Positions 25,951 to 39,696 are shown, numbered from the whole stretch's first letter. The stretch: 63,203 nt of DNA, filler included, from Octopus bimaculoides (GCF_001194135.2; 4 parts of 4 records of this genome joined end to end with filler, not necessarily neighbours in it), one strand, 5' to 3'. Made by a program: numbers and translations. Notes: generated by a model from the letters alone, not told the origin.

Positions 25951-26073
25951 AATAATAAAAAAAATTAAATTCTATCTGTAGAGATTTTATTAAATGTTGA
26001 AAGTGAAATGTATTCTGATAAACATTTAAAAATAATGTGCGCATATAGTTATATATTTTAGAGATATATATTT

Positions 26074-26108
<35 letters not shown>

Positions 26109-26263
26109 GTGTATGCGTGTGTATATATGTGTGTACGTATGTATGTATATATGTATATGTGAATACACATAGAGACACATATATACATCTGTATCTGTGT
26201 TCATCTGTTTTATCTGTGCGTGAGTGTATGCAATGGCCAAATGACGAATATATATATATACGG

Positions 26264-26299
<36 letters not shown>

Positions 26300-26716
26300 G
26301 TTTGTATACATATCTGTCCAGTCTAAAATGTTCATTGTTTCTAATTTAGCAGAAGACACTTGAAACACGATCGGCTCACTTCCGTTGCCTATGTAATTTG
26401 ATTAAGTTCCGCTTCACAGACAAAACGGTAAATATGTAAATATATAACAGTTCCTTGTTGAACATGTCTCCAGCAATAGCAGCCATGACAGTTGAACGCG
26501 CTCCGATTGATTTCTGCTTTTTAATCTCTTTCCAGTTTGAATTTAACGACAAACAGTTCTGCAAGCAATTTCATTTGTTTTGATTGCGCTCTCAATGTCT
26601 CTGAGTCGGTCATCTTCTCTTTCTCTTTCCATGCATTTCGCAGCTTCTCTCTCCATCTTTCTCTCCCTCTCTCTCACTCTTTCTTTCACTACCGTTTTGT
26701 GGTTGAGTAAGTGTGT

Positions 26717-26799
<83 letters not shown>

Positions 26800-27041
26800 G
26801 TATGTATGTATATATAACACACACATACACGTATATATATGCACACATAAACATATGCACATACTTACAATTATCCCTCCATCTATCTATCGATCTATCT
26901 AGCTAGTAGCTATCTTTTTATATCCATATGTGTGTTTAGGTGTGTATGTATAGACAGATAATGTATATGTACATTTATATATATAGATATAGATATATAC
27001 ATGAACTGTATATATATATATATATATATATATGATATATA

Positions 27042-27141
27042 NNNNNNNNNNNNNNNNNNNNNNNNNNNNNNNNNNNNNNNNNNNNTTAATTAATTAANNN
27101 NNNNNNNNNNNNNNNNNNNNNNNNNNNNNNNNNNNNNNNNN
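27042..27141. other. Artificial assembly linker N44-TTAATTAATTAA-N44
   Basis: Exactly 100 bp. The 12-mer gives stops in all six frames. Identical structures occur at 56060-56159 and 61872-61971. Confidence 0.97.
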
Positions 27142-27294
27142 ATAAAAGAATAAAATATATATATATATCACGCGCGCTCACATTAAACCTGATAAATGGT
27201 ACTTCAAAGCTTGCGCGTACCCGTGTACCTAGCTTTCGAATTTCTACCACCCCTTTTCCTCACCATTCATTTGCACTCTTTTACGAGCTTTTCA

Positions 27295-27391
<97 letters not shown>

Positions 27392-27649
27392 TCATATACA
27401 TACATGCATGTGCACATATAGGCGTACCCATATAAGCACAGACATACATGCATACATACACACACGCACACACACATACATGCGAGCCGTCTAACACAGA
27501 CAAGCACATTCATACTTACAATTGCACATATACACGGATACACACTCATACAAGCACAGACGTACATTCATAAGTGCACACATACAGCGGTCTGTCTAAT
27601 AGACACACATTCGCATATTGTCTGCAATGTTCGTCTAAAATATTGTTGG

Positions 27650-28345
27650 TCGAATGAGTGAGTGAATGAGCGAATGAGTGAGTGACTGATTGACTGATGG
27701 ACTAAGTGAATGAGTGAATGAGTGTGAGTGAGTGAATGAGTGAGTGAGTGAGTGAGTGAATGAGTACATACATGAGTGAGTGAGCAAATGAGTGAGTGAG
27801 CGATTGAGCGATTGATGTGAGTGAGTGAGCGATTGAGTGAGTGAATGAGTGAGTGAACGAGTGAATGAGCGAATGAGTGTGAGTGACTGACTGACTGATG
27901 GACTAAGTGAATGAGTGTGAGTGAATGAGTACATGCATGAGTGAGTGAATGGGTGAGCAAATGAGTGAGTGATTGATGTGAGTGAGTGAGCGATTGAGTA
28001 AGTGAATGAGTGAGTGAATGAGCGAATGAGTGAGTGAATGAGCGAATGAGTGAGTGAGTGACTGACTGATGGACTAAGTGAATGAATGTGAGTGAGTGAT
28101 TGAGCGATTGATGTGAGTGAATGAGCGATTGATGTGAGTGAATGAGCGATTGAGTAAGTGAATGATTGAGCGAGTACGTGAATGATTGAGCGAGTACGTG
28201 AATGAGCAATNNNNNNNNNNNNNNNNNNNNNNNNNNNNNNNNNNNNNNNNNNNNNNNNNNNNNNNNNNNNNNNNNNNNNNNNNNNNNNNNNNNNNNNNNN
28301 NNNNNNNNNNNNGATTGATGTGAGTGAGTGAGCGATTGAGGGATT
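27650..28345. repeat. Complex (GTGA/ATGA)n minisatellite with higher-order units
   Basis: Recurrent GACTGATGGACTAAGTGAATG (x3) and GCGATTGATGTGAGTGA blocks in a TGAG-rich array. Confidence 0.9.
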
Positions 28346-28839
28346 GGAGTGTTTGAGTGATTGGAGTGCCTGTTAACAAGAATGAACAGTGGTTGTGCCC
28401 AGGATTGAACTCTGCCAGACACCTTTGTGTATGGACTTTCACGCGTGACCTGTTTCTTGCAATAACGTCACGGTCTTTTACCATCGTCGTTGCAAGGAAT
28501 TTTTTAGCATTATACCACATTACATGTTGAGTCAATGATGAAGCTGCTAGAAATAGTAGCTAAGAATCCTTCAAATTACATCCTGCCTTACGAATTGATT
28601 AATGTGGTTCTTAGATACCTTCTAAAAAGACGGGATGGTCACGGCTGGAATACTTTTGCTCATGGGTCTTCTCAATCTGGGCTGATAGGAGCTTAGCGTT
28701 TACCTGGTTACTGGACTTGCTAGATGTAGTAGCCAATACCTCGCATTCCACCCAACTGTCTTTGAAGAATGACACACTAGAAGATGAGTGTGTGCATGTG
28801 TGTGCGTGCGCGAGTGTGTATGCATGCATATTACTCTTT

Positions 28840-29200
28840 TACTCTTTTACTTGTTTCAGTCATTTGACTGCGGCCATGCTGGAGCACCGCCTTTAGTCGA
28901 GCAAATCGACCCCAGGACTTATTCTTTGTAAGCCTAATTCTATCGGTCTCTTTTGCCGAACCGCTATGTTACGGGGATGTAAACACACTAGCATCGGTTG
29001 TCAAGCGATGTTAGAGGAACAAACGCAGACACACAAACATATATATATATACATATATACGACGGGCTTCTTTCTGTTTCCGTCTACCAAATCCACTCAC
29101 AAGGCTTTTGTTGGCCCGAGGCTACAGTAGAAGACACTTGCCCAAGCTGCCACCAGTGGGACTGAACCCGGAACCATGTTGTTGGTAAGCAAGCTGGGGT
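28840..29200 (-). mobile_element. SINE family A
   Basis: Reverse complement of 1726-2160. Confidence 0.9.
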
Positions 29201-29620
29201 GGGGAGTTGTAAATACAAAGTAAAAAAAGCATAGTTCACAGATGGCTCATAACAGCATTTTTTCGACAACTGTTACGTAATTAAGACATAATTTTCATTA
29301 ATATATATTGATTTATTACGTATCTTCATTAAATAATCATGGAATTACTAATGTGTAATCCTAATGGAACAGTTGTTGAAAGTAATAAATTATGAACTAT
29401 CTACGAAATTTATGCTTTTTTGCTTTAATTCTAAATATACATAACTTTTAAGGATCGTTTTAACCGTCTGTGTTTGTTTGTTTTGTTGGGTTTTTTTTCG
29501 CACTCGGATTTATTGCAATGTTATAACGATTAGAGTTTAACGACCTTTCATTAGTTGAGCTCTTAATTACCGTGGATCAATGTTTGATATTTTATACATC
29601 ATTTCTGTCTATATGGATAT

Positions 29621-29689
<69 letters not shown>

Positions 29690-30639
29690 GCCATTCAGTC
29701 GTGATCGAGGAAGATAATAACTGACCATTGCCCANNNNNNNNNNNNNNNNNNNNNNNNNNNNNNNNNNNNNNNNNNNNNNNNNNNNNNNNNNNNNNNNNN
29801 NNNNNNNNNNNNNNNNNNNNNNNNNNNNNNNNNNNNNNNNNNNNNNNNNNNNNNNNNNNNNNNNNNNNNNNNNNNNNNNNNNNNNNNNNNNNNNNNNNNN
29901 NNNNNNNNNNNNNNNNNNNNNNNNNNNNNNNNNNNNNNNNNNNNNNNNNNNNNNNNNNNNNNNNNNNNNNNNNNNNNNNNNNNNNNNNNNNNNNNNNNNN
30001 NNNNNNNNNNNNNNNNNNNNNNNNNNNNNNNNNNNNNNNNNNNNNNNNNNNNNNNNNNNNNNNNNNNNNNNNNNNNNNNNNNNNNNNNNNNNNNNNNNNN
30101 NNNNNNNNNNNNNNNNNNNNNNNNNNNNNNNNNNNNNNNNNNNNNNNNNNNNNNNNNNNNNNNNNNNNNNNNNNNNNNNNNNNNNNNNNNNNNNNNNNNN
30201 NNNNNNNNNNNNNNNNNNNNNNNNNNNNNNNNNNNNNNNNNNNNNNNNNNNNNNNNNNNNNNNNNNNNNNNNNNNNNNNNNNNNNNNNNNNNNNNNNNNN
30301 NNNNNNNNNNNNNNNNNNNNNNNNNNNNNNNNNNNNNNNNNNNNNNNNNNNNNNNNNNNNNNNNNNNNNNNNNNNNNNNNNNNNNNNNNNNNNNNNNNNN
30401 NNNNNNNNNNNNNNNNNNNNNNNNNNNNNNNNNNNNNNNNNNNNNNNNNNNNNNNNNNNNNNNNNNNNNNNNNNNNNNNNNNNNNNNNNNNNNNNNNNNN
30501 NNNNNNNNNNNNNNNNNNNNNNNNNNNNNNNNNNNNNNNNNNNNNNNNNNNNNNNNNNNNNNNNNNNNNNNNNNNNNNNNNNNNNNNNNNNNNNNNNNNN
30601 NNNNNNNNNNNNNNNNNNNNNNNNNNNNNNNNNNNNNNT

Positions 30640-31040
30640 CTTTTACTTGTTTCAATCACTCATTTAACTGTGCCCATGCTGGAGCACCGCCTTTAGTCGA
30701 GCAAATCGACCCCAGGGACTAATTCTTTGTAAGCCTAGTACTTATTCTATCGGTCTGTTTTGCCGAACCGCTAAGTTACGGGGACACACCAGCATCGGTT
30801 GTCAAGCGATGTTGGGGGGACAAACACAGACACACAAACATATACACACACATACATACATACATATATATACATATATACGACGGACTTCTTTCAGTTT
30901 CCGTCTACCAAATCCACTCACAAGGCGTTCGTCGACCCGAGGCTATAGTAGAAGACACTTGCCCAAGGTGCCACGCAGTGAGACTGAACCCGGAACCATG
31001 TGGTTCGTAGCAAGCTACTTACCACACAGCCACTCCTACC
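30640..31040 (-). mobile_element. SINE family A
   Basis: Full copy with head ...CTTACCACACAGCCACTCCTAC. Confidence 0.9.
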
Positions 31041-31139
31041 GCCAACTTTTATCATTCCAAATTGAAGGAGATGTCTGTATCAGCACTTTGAACACATCCA
31101 ACGAAATATTGCTTATCACAGTTGACTAACAGAAATCAG

Positions 31140-31778
31140 TTGGGACGAAATGAAAATTTGGAAGCTCGCTATGCAATAAAGTCTTGTGCTAAACTGAGCA
31201 AAAATGCTACAGAAACTTATGAAATGATCCAAATTGCTTATTAATTAACTTATTAATTAACTTGCATGAGCCGAGTATCCGTTTTTTGCTGGTACAAGAA
31301 GCCACACAAAGCAAGTCCACCAAGAAGCTCATGACAATTCCCTTTTTCGACAGCAAGAACATCACCTACACCCACTGGGTTCGGGTTCCCTCTAGCAAGA
31401 CAGTCAACAAAAGTACTTTGTGGAGGTCTTGAGTGGGTTCAGGAAGAGATTTCGTTACAAAAGGCCAGAGCATCTGCACCCGGACAATGCACCAGCTCAC
31501 AATTCCATCCTGGTAACCAACAACTTGACAGAGATCGATATCTAAACTGTCCCTCAATCTTCCCCCTGTGACTTTCCCCTATGTGATTTTTGCTTGTTCC
31601 CCAAACTGAGGGAGAAGATGAAGAAGGCTGTGACAAAAGTCCTGGTCACCTTCACTTTGGAGGATTTCCACGGAGCCTTCATGAAGTGGCTGGAACGCTA
31701 CAACAAATACATTGAAGGGGATTAGAGATTTGTACTCTCCTGAAGAGTCTCAAAACTTCTGGAATATACTTTGTATAT
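31140..31778 (+). mobile_element. Internally deleted mariner transposase relic
   Basis: N-terminal HTH EARYAIKSCAKLSKNATETYEMI...CMSRVSVFCWYK, then KKLMTIPFFD, HLHPDNAPAH, CDFCLFPKL and AFMKWLERYNKYIEG. These are mariner motifs (LHHDNAPAH, PCDFxLFPKLK). Confidence 0.9.
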
Positions 31779-31859
31779 CATAGTATAGGTATTACACAGG
31801 TACATCTTGGTCTGATATTGCACAAAACGTTTCTTGGCTGTAGGTACTATATATATATA

Positions 31860-32022
31860 CAGTGTACATTTAAACACACAAGAGATATCTATCATAGGAC
31901 TAGCTGTACGCTAGAGAGGACAGTTAAATTCCAAACCACTATTAGGTCTGGAATTTAACTGTCCTCTCTAGCGTGCAGGTAGTCCTATGAAGGATACCTC
32001 TTATGTGTTTAAATGTACACTG
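31860..32022. mobile_element. Palindromic MITE (about 78-bp arms) with TA target duplication, Tc1/mariner-type
   Basis: TA|CAGTGTACATTTAAACAC...GTGTTTAAATGTACACTG|TA; the arms pair almost to a central 7-nt loop. Confidence 0.85.
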
Positions 32023-34177
32023 TATTTATATGAGTAATACATAGTCTATTGACTAAATCTTTACACGCTAGGCCACTGGTAATGGAAATTTCTAATATTT
32101 CAGATTACCCTTTGATATATATNNNNNNNNNNNNNNNNNNNNNNNNNNNNNNNNNNNNNNNNNNNNNNNNNNNNNNNNNNNNNNNNNNNNNNNNNNNNNN
32201 NNNNNNNNNNNNNNNNNNNNNNNNNNNNNNNNNNNNNNNNNNNNNNNNNNNNNNNNNNNNNNNNNNNNNNNNNNNNNNNNNNNNNNNNNNNNNNNNNNNN
32301 NNNNNNNNNNNNNNNNNNNNNNNNNNNNNNNNNNNNNNNNNNNNNNNNNNNNNNNNNNNNNNNNNNNNNNNNNNNNNNNNNNNNNNNNNNNNNNNNNNNN
32401 NNNNNNNNNNNNNNNNNNNNNNNNNNNNNNNNNNNNNNNNNNNNNNNNNNNNNNNNNNNNNNNNNNNNNNNNNNNNNNNNNNNNNNNNNNNNNNNNNNNN
32501 NNNNNNNNNNNNNNNNNNNNNNNNNNNNNNNNNNNNNNNNNNNNNNNNNNNNNNNNNNNNNNNNNNNNNNNNNNNNNNNNNNNNNNNNNNNNNNNNNNNN
32601 NNNNNNNNNNNNNNNNNNNNNNNNNNNNNNNNNNNNNNNNNNNNNNNNNNNNNNNNNNNNNNNNNNNNNNNNNNNNNNNNNNNNNNNNNNNNNNNNNNNN
32701 NNNNNNNNNNNNNNNNNNNNNNNNNNNNNNNNNNNNNNNNNNNNNNNNNNNNNNNNNNNNNNNNNNNNNNNNNNNNNNNNNNNNNNNNNNNNNNNNNNNN
32801 NNNNNNNNNNNNNNNNNNNNNNNNNNNNNNNNNNNNNNNNNNNNNNNNNNNNNNNNNNNNNNNNNNNNNNNNNNNNNNNNNNNNNNNNNNNNNNNNNNNN
32901 NNNNNNNNNNNNNNNNNNNNNNNNNNNNNNNNNNNNNNNNNNNNNNNNNNNNNNNNNNNNNNNNNNNNNNNNNNNNNNNNNNNNNNNNNNNNNNNNNNNN
33001 NNNNNNNNNNNNNNNNNNNNNNNNATATATATATGTATATATATATTCACCATTGACACTAATTAGATTTACCTTGACCGCAGATGGTACATAGATACAT
33101 TTTGGTTATGTATATGAAAAATCTAGGCTAAGGTTTCGATTCCTGGCTAAGAATCCAAGAAACGATTTCTTACAGATACAACATTAATGTATCTTGGCCA
33201 TAGTTACAACAGTGATACATCTTGGCTACTTTGAAATATCTTAACTACATTATACACTGATGTATCTTGGGTTTAGACAGAAAACTGGTGCATTTTCGCC
33301 ATCAATACAACGCATATATTAAATCTTGGCTAACGATACTACACAAATATATATTGAATACCGCAGAAATGTTTTGGGTTTTGTTGTTGCTTTGTGGGTG
33401 GGGCATGGGTTATGGATACCTCACATATATGTTTATTTCAACATCAGATACTGTTATGACGAGAAACAGTTGCTGAGAATCAATCGTTTTGTTCGATTAA
33501 AATGTTCGACTTCAGTATATGAAGCAAAACTGCGCACATCCATATATATATATACCAAATGGCTAGATGCCAGCCTTCAACAAAAGTTTACTATAAGGCT
33601 CATGGAACGAAAGTAGAAATTAGTAGATTTCACCAGTCTTTCGTAATTATCGAATTACTTGTATAAGCTGTCATGTAAGAACATACAAAAGCAAAGAGAA
33701 TTTGGGGTATTCATCTATAATCAGTTGCAAGTAACACTGAGAAGTTAAACAATTGTAGAGGACTTTTTAAGTCGATACTGAGTCGCAAAGATGGTTGTGT
33801 GAACTTAATCATTTTGGTATGCAGAAGATGGTAGAGTCGTGGTTTCAATTCCGAGTATGTGGTGTATTCGTCGTAAGATTTTTAACATTTTCTGAAGAAA
33901 ATGAATTGTTCTAAGATCTGACACTATCAAGTCTCTGAGAGATTGCATAAAAGCCTATGTAAATTTGAAATTCCTGAAGGTATTATAGAGGATCATCTAG
34001 TATGAGCATTAGCAGCTGTGTTATCGTTGCTAGACATGTGTTAGCACGATTGTAAAGTTATAACTATACACCAACAAAAATTCTTATTCTTCGTTTTTCC
34101 CTACTTTTGTAATTGAAGTGGTTAGTGGATCACTGTGTGATGTGAAGATACATTTTTTTGATGTACCTTTGTTGTAG

Positions 34178-34466
34178 CAAGGATTGTAATTGCTGGTGTG
34201 GTACTCGTGAAAAATCCAAAAGTTTTTGCAGTTGAAATAGAGTTTCCCCTTTTGCTAGATAACAGAACGGTTATGATAAGAATCGGTACATAAATAGCAT
34301 CTTCGCAATACGTTGGTTTCTTCATAATGACAGCTCGTTGTTAACGGAGCTAGACCATAGTTTTGCTGTAGTTTTTCATTGACAGGAATTAAGATTACTG
34401 GAAAACCTTTACATTTCTTTGAACATTTTCGCGAGAACGAGGTTGGATTGCTCTCCAAATCCAGTG
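34178..34466 (+). CDS. Candidate exon pair (34178-34285 and 34386-34466), unknown product
   Basis: Both exons are phase 1-1 and multiples of 3 (108 and 81 nt), separated by a 100-nt intron. The second exon has strong sites (tttttcattgacag| ... gtg|gtaagt); the first donor (g|gtacat) is weak. Joined frame: RIVIAGVVLVKNPKVFAVEIEFPLLLDNRTVMIRIGIKITGKPLHFFEHFRENEVGLLSKSS. Confidence 0.35.
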
Positions 34467-35937
34467 GTAAGTTCCCAGATAGTCTTATTTAAATGTGAAC
34501 AGAAGAGATTTCGGGAATAAATAGCTATTAAATGTTTTCCTCTCGTTATATAAATAGTTATAGCTATGAATTTACAGTGTCTGGAGTGGTGGTGTATAAT
34601 TGTGCCATAAAATCCAGTGTTTTTGCCAGGTTATTTTCGTGATTGCAATTGTAATCTACAAAAAATTGTATTCTGTTGTTTAATAAAGATACGTTCGAAA
34701 GTATTAATAGTAGCTATTGTAATACTATAGTAGATACAACCTGCAATATGATTGAAAACTGAAGGTGAAATGAAGTTAGTAAGTAGTGTGAGTCTTTATT
34801 TTTCGTTTTAGTCAGAGAATTCAACAGGAAAATTTATTAAAGTAGTTTTTCAATGCGTCATTTTGTGTTTGTATCCAATGAAGTGCTGTCAAAGCTATGC
34901 GATCAAAGTTTTCTTGTTGTTATTGTATTTTTGCATTTTAAACGAAAAATAAAAGCACTGTGACAAGAAGCAGTTGCCAAAAATCAATCGTTTTATTCTA
35001 TTAAAATGTTCTGAGCAAATGTATAAACGAATATGAGGCAACAGCATAAACGTCCGTTTTTATTACAAATGAGTGGATACCAACCTTCAACTACGATATA
35101 TCATAATGTACCGAGAGAAGAAGCAGCAATTCATAACAAATCCTTCACAGATATAAAGACATAAATACAGTGAGCTATAAAACTTCGATCAACTGAGATT
35201 ATGAAATAAATTGCCAAAACCCTTCACTAAGGACGTTTAAATTTTTTTTCATGACCAACGGGGAAGATAACACCAATAACATGAGTTTATCGAAACTTTT
35301 GGATAATATAAACAATGCGGTAAATATCTATATAAATCACATTAGCCGCGCATACAATACAGAGAGGGAGAAATACATAGCAACATCATTTTATTATAGG
35401 AACGAGTCAATGAACAGCTAGAAACGTTAGTAACAAATTTCATAACTTAATGTCTCTGCTTCCGTTTATCTGCTGGAGGCTTACTTTCCTATATTGCACT
35501 CCCGTGAAATGTCCAAACGTTGGTGAAAATAGTGATGTATTCTTTACAATCAACAAAGCCTCAGGTCATATCTGACAAAAGAACGCTCTGACTAAGTTGC
35601 TAGTCTATAGAACCCACAACATTTTCTTTGGGATAAGAAGTATCTGACAGACTGCGCCATATCAGCGTTCATTGATATAGGCCTTTCCAGCCAGCTCTTT
35701 ATCAACTTTAGTGTGCATCATAGTTTGGTTATGTCGCCTACGTTATTTCTTATGTATACTAACAACTTCTTTGTAACTACTTATAACGATTTTCACTCTA
35801 ACGCACAAACGATACCATTATCTACCCAAAGATTATGTATACATGTTTCAGCCACACGTAACTTAGACATCTAATGCAAAACATTCACTGCGTTTAAAAA
35901 AACTTAAAAACATCCACCAGTAAGTCAAGACAACTTA

Positions 35938-36112
35938 CCTTATAACGTGTATAAGCAACACTTTTTTGTCAAAAATTAGGTTTAAAAATATGAGAGTTTC
36001 TTATACATGGACAGTACTATAATCCCTTACAAAACCTTTTTTCCAAATTTTAAGCCCAAAATATTAGCGGGTTCCTTATACAGGAGGGCTCCTTATACAC
36101 GTTAAAATACGG
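35938..36112. mobile_element. Degenerate TA-flanked MITE
   Basis: Left end TACCTTATAACGTGTATAAG versus reverse complement of right end TACCGTATTTTAACGTGTATAAG. Confidence 0.55.
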
Positions 36113-36644
36113 TAATTACCTTCAAAAGCATGGCCACTATTTAAATCGAGGCAACAAATCTTACGACACTAATAATGAACAACATAACTAAATCCATCGT
36201 CGTCGCTAGATTGTTGATGCTTTCTTAAAACAAACTCAGGTATAAGACATGGCTAAAACTGATTCTCAAAGTCTGAGCTGCTTATTCAGTTCCAGAAAAT
36301 ATTTCTTCCCTGAGCAGTTAATGATCCCAAATGTGACCAATGCTGAACAGTATATAAAAAAAAAAGGATAGTTTTCTTATTGGCAAAAATCGTTTATTAA
36401 TACAACTACTAGCCTCACGAGAGGCCCACAACTCTGACTTTCTTCTTTGTCTTATATACAATTTACTATGTCATATTTGATCCATTAGCTTTATTGGTTT
36501 GCTTTGGAGGAAGAAGCTGTGTCCTTTTCTTTTGCAGGAACTCTGAGATCGGTGAGATGCGCACGATTAACGTTCTACTTGAGTAGTTGCAAAATCACGA
36601 CTTCGGGGAAAATATAGCAAGAACGGAATGAAAGAGAACCAGCA

Positions 36645-37015
36645 TTCTAGGCACAAGGCCCGAGATTTTGGGGGATTAGCTCTACCCAAGTACGCAACTG
36701 GTACTTAATTTATCGACTTCGAAAGGATGAAAGTGGAATTTGAACTCAGAACTTAAAGAGAGACGAAATACCGCTAAGCACTTCACCCGGCGTGCTAATG
36801 TTTCTTATTTCGTTATTGCCCACAAGGGGATAAACATAGAGGGGACACACAAGGATTAAGTCGATTACATCGACCCCAGTGCGAAACTGGTACTAAATTT
36901 ATCGATGAAAGGCAAAGTCGACCTCGGCGGAATTTGAACTCAGAGCGTAACGGCAGACGAAATACCGCTAAGCAATTCGCCCGGCATGCTAACGTTTCTG
37001 CCAGCTCGCTGCCTT
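36645..37015 (-). mobile_element. SINE family B, dimeric/composite copy
   Basis: Same structure as 4925-5335. Confidence 0.9.
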
Positions 37016-37312
37016 GCAAGAGAACCAACATTCTGAGAAGAAATGAATGGGTATAATGCTTAGTGTAACGCCTGTGACTGGATACAATAAAGGTTGACGA
37101 GAGGAGAGATAAGTGTATGGAAGGAGCAGATCAGTAAGTTCCGAGAAGTAGAGGTTGCAATAGTAGAAGCATAGAAGACAGGGTGAGGAGACAACATATA
37201 CGTGGGATTATCTTACGTAACTGTAAACTGACGAACTGTTTCGTTATAATTTGAGCCTGGAAAACTTGGTGTTACCGTATTTATAACATCGGTATTTTAA
37301 ATGACGAGTGAA

Positions 37313-38032
37313 GCCGCGTAGCTAAGTTGTTAGGGTATTCGCCTCACGAGTGTAAGGTCGTGAGTTCGATTCCCACCGGCACATTGTGTCTCTTGAGCGA
37401 GACATTTTATTGCACGTTGCTCCAGTCTGTTGTTGTTGGCACTCCGTCGCTTACGACGTCGAGGGTTCCAGTTGATCCGATCAACGGAACAGCCTGCTCG
37501 TGAAATTAACGTGCAAGCGGCTGAGCACTCCACAGACACGTGTACCCTTAACGTAGTTCTCGGGGATATTCAGCGTGACACAGTGTAACAAGGCTGACCC
37601 TTTGAATTACAGGCACAACAGAAACAGGAAGTAAGAGTGAAAGAAAGTTGTGGTGAAAGAGTACAGCAGGGTTCGCCACCATCCCCTGCCGGAGCCTCGT
37701 GGAGCTTTAGGTGTTTTCACTCAATAAACACTCACAACGCCCGGTCTGGGAATCGAAACCGCGATCCTATGACCGCGAGTTCGCTGCCCTAACCACTGGG
37801 CCATTGCGCCTCCACTGCTCCAGTCTACTCAGCTGGCAAAAATGAGTTGTAGCTGTAATTCAAAGGACCAACCTTGTCACATTCTGTGTCCTACTGAATC
37901 TCCCTAAGAACTACGTTAAGGGTACGCGTGTCTGTGGAGTGCTCAGCCACTTGCGCGTTAATTTCAGGAGTAGGCTATTCCGTTGGTTAAATCAACTGGA
38001 ACACTCATCGTCGTAACCGACGAAGTGCCAGT
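37313..38032 (+). mobile_element. CORE-type SINE family D, interrupted by a family C SINE
   Basis: tRNA-like head with GTTCGATTCCC, CORE block, and a tail shared with family C. Split at the duplicated 11-mer TGCTCCAGTCT. Confidence 0.88.
37429..37815 (-). mobile_element. SINE family C, full length, nested, with 11-bp TSD
   Basis: TSD TGCTCCAGTCT at 37418-37428 and 37816-37826; intact tRNA-like head GGCGCAATGGCCCAGTGGTTAGGGCAGC... Confidence 0.92.
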
Positions 38033-38471
38033 ATTTTTAACGACTAACCAAACTGACAAATAGTGTTTTAATGGTTACCATAAATGTTTTGCAAACTCTC
38101 TTATTAGTAAAATGCAAACTATCAAAATCCTCAAAAACTTTCATTCATAGACGTAATATAATAACCCAATAAAACTTGTTTGTTATTGCAAATATCGAAG
38201 ATTTCACCAACAATATGCGAAAGAAATTTATGGCATTTTTTTTATTCATTCGCCAATTTCTGCAATTTTGCTTCAGACCCCATCAAATAGCATTATCATA
38301 TTTTCATTATTATTTTCAATCCAATTTGTCGGCCTAGTGGAGTCTTGAAACTAAAAGTGTTAGCAATTTATGAAAATTGATGGTTTTAGTATCGTCCAGG
38401 TCATAGTGGTTTTTATGTTACAGCTGGCTGAAGTTTTCTTTTTTTTATTGTAGTATACACTGTAGTGTGAA

Positions 38472-38640
38472 GGCGCGTGGCTTAGTGGTTAGGGCATTCG
38501 GCTCACAATCGTAAGGTCGTGAGTTCGATTCCCGATGGCATGTTGTGTCTTTGGGCAAGACACTTTATTTCATGTTGCTCCAGTCCACTCAGGTGGCAAA
38601 AATGAGTAGTACCTGTATTTCAAAGGGCCGGCCTTGTCAC
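38472..38640 (+). mobile_element. SINE family D, 5' part
   Basis: GGCGCGTGGCTTAGTGGTTAGGGCATTCGG...GTTCGATTCCC... Confidence 0.88.
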
Positions 38641-39050
38641 ATAAATAGAGAGAGGGAGAAAGAAAGAAAGAGAGTGAGAGAGAGAGAGATACAGATACCC
38701 AGAGAGAGAGAGAGATAGATAGATACACAGAGAGAGAAAGTGAGAGAGAAAGAGAGATATAGATAGCTAGCTAGATAGATAGAGAGTGAAAAAGATGCCA
38801 CAATGTGGAACTGAACTCGATACCATGTAGATGGGAAGTAAGCTTCTTACCTCACAGCCACGCCTGCACCTACTAGGTAGCCTTCCTATTTTTTCGATCC
38901 ATCTCTCGGCTGACCAATACATACAAATACACGAAAACTGTGTGTGAAAACACTTCCAGTCATTTCTAACCAGCAAGGGTTCGCACCCTGATAGTGCTTC
39001 TTTTAGTAATACCAAATAATGCGCCAAAAAAATTGGCTTCTTCTCACTAA

Positions 39051-39081
<31 letters not shown>

Positions 39082-39357
39082 TCTATCGATCTATCTATCT
39101 ATATCTATTTATCTATCTATCTATCTATCCTTCTCTCACATTCTCTTTCTTTTTCACTCTCTATCTATCTATCTATCTATCTATCTATATCTCTCTTTCT
39201 CTCTCGCTCTCACTTTTTCTCTCCCTCTCTCTCTGTATCTATCTATCTGTCTATCTATCTTTTTCTCTCAATCTCTTTCTTTCTTTCTCCCTCTTTCTCT
39301 CTCTCTCTCTATCTCTATCTCTCTCTCTATCTCTATCTCTCTCACTCTCAAATTCTC

Positions 39358-39411
<54 letters not shown>

Positions 39412-39446
39412 NNNNNNNNNNNNNNNNNNNNNNNNNNNNNNNNNNN

Positions 39447-39521
<75 letters not shown>

Positions 39522-39696
39522 CTTTTTCTATGATATTTGCATGCTAGACACGCAATGGCAGTTATTGAGATGGGAGTAGGGATACTAGATATTGGACAGG
39601 ATATTTGGATACGACAATGAACAAACCCCTGAGAAGACCAACCTCTCTGAAATCGCTAACAATCAATTTAATGCTCTCACTTCCTAACAGTTCAAT

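Noticed and set aside
27650-28345. Array that might suggest CRISPR, or an SLTH-rich ORF (27568-28422)
   Set aside because: No unique spacers, eukaryotic context; it is a TGAG-based minisatellite.
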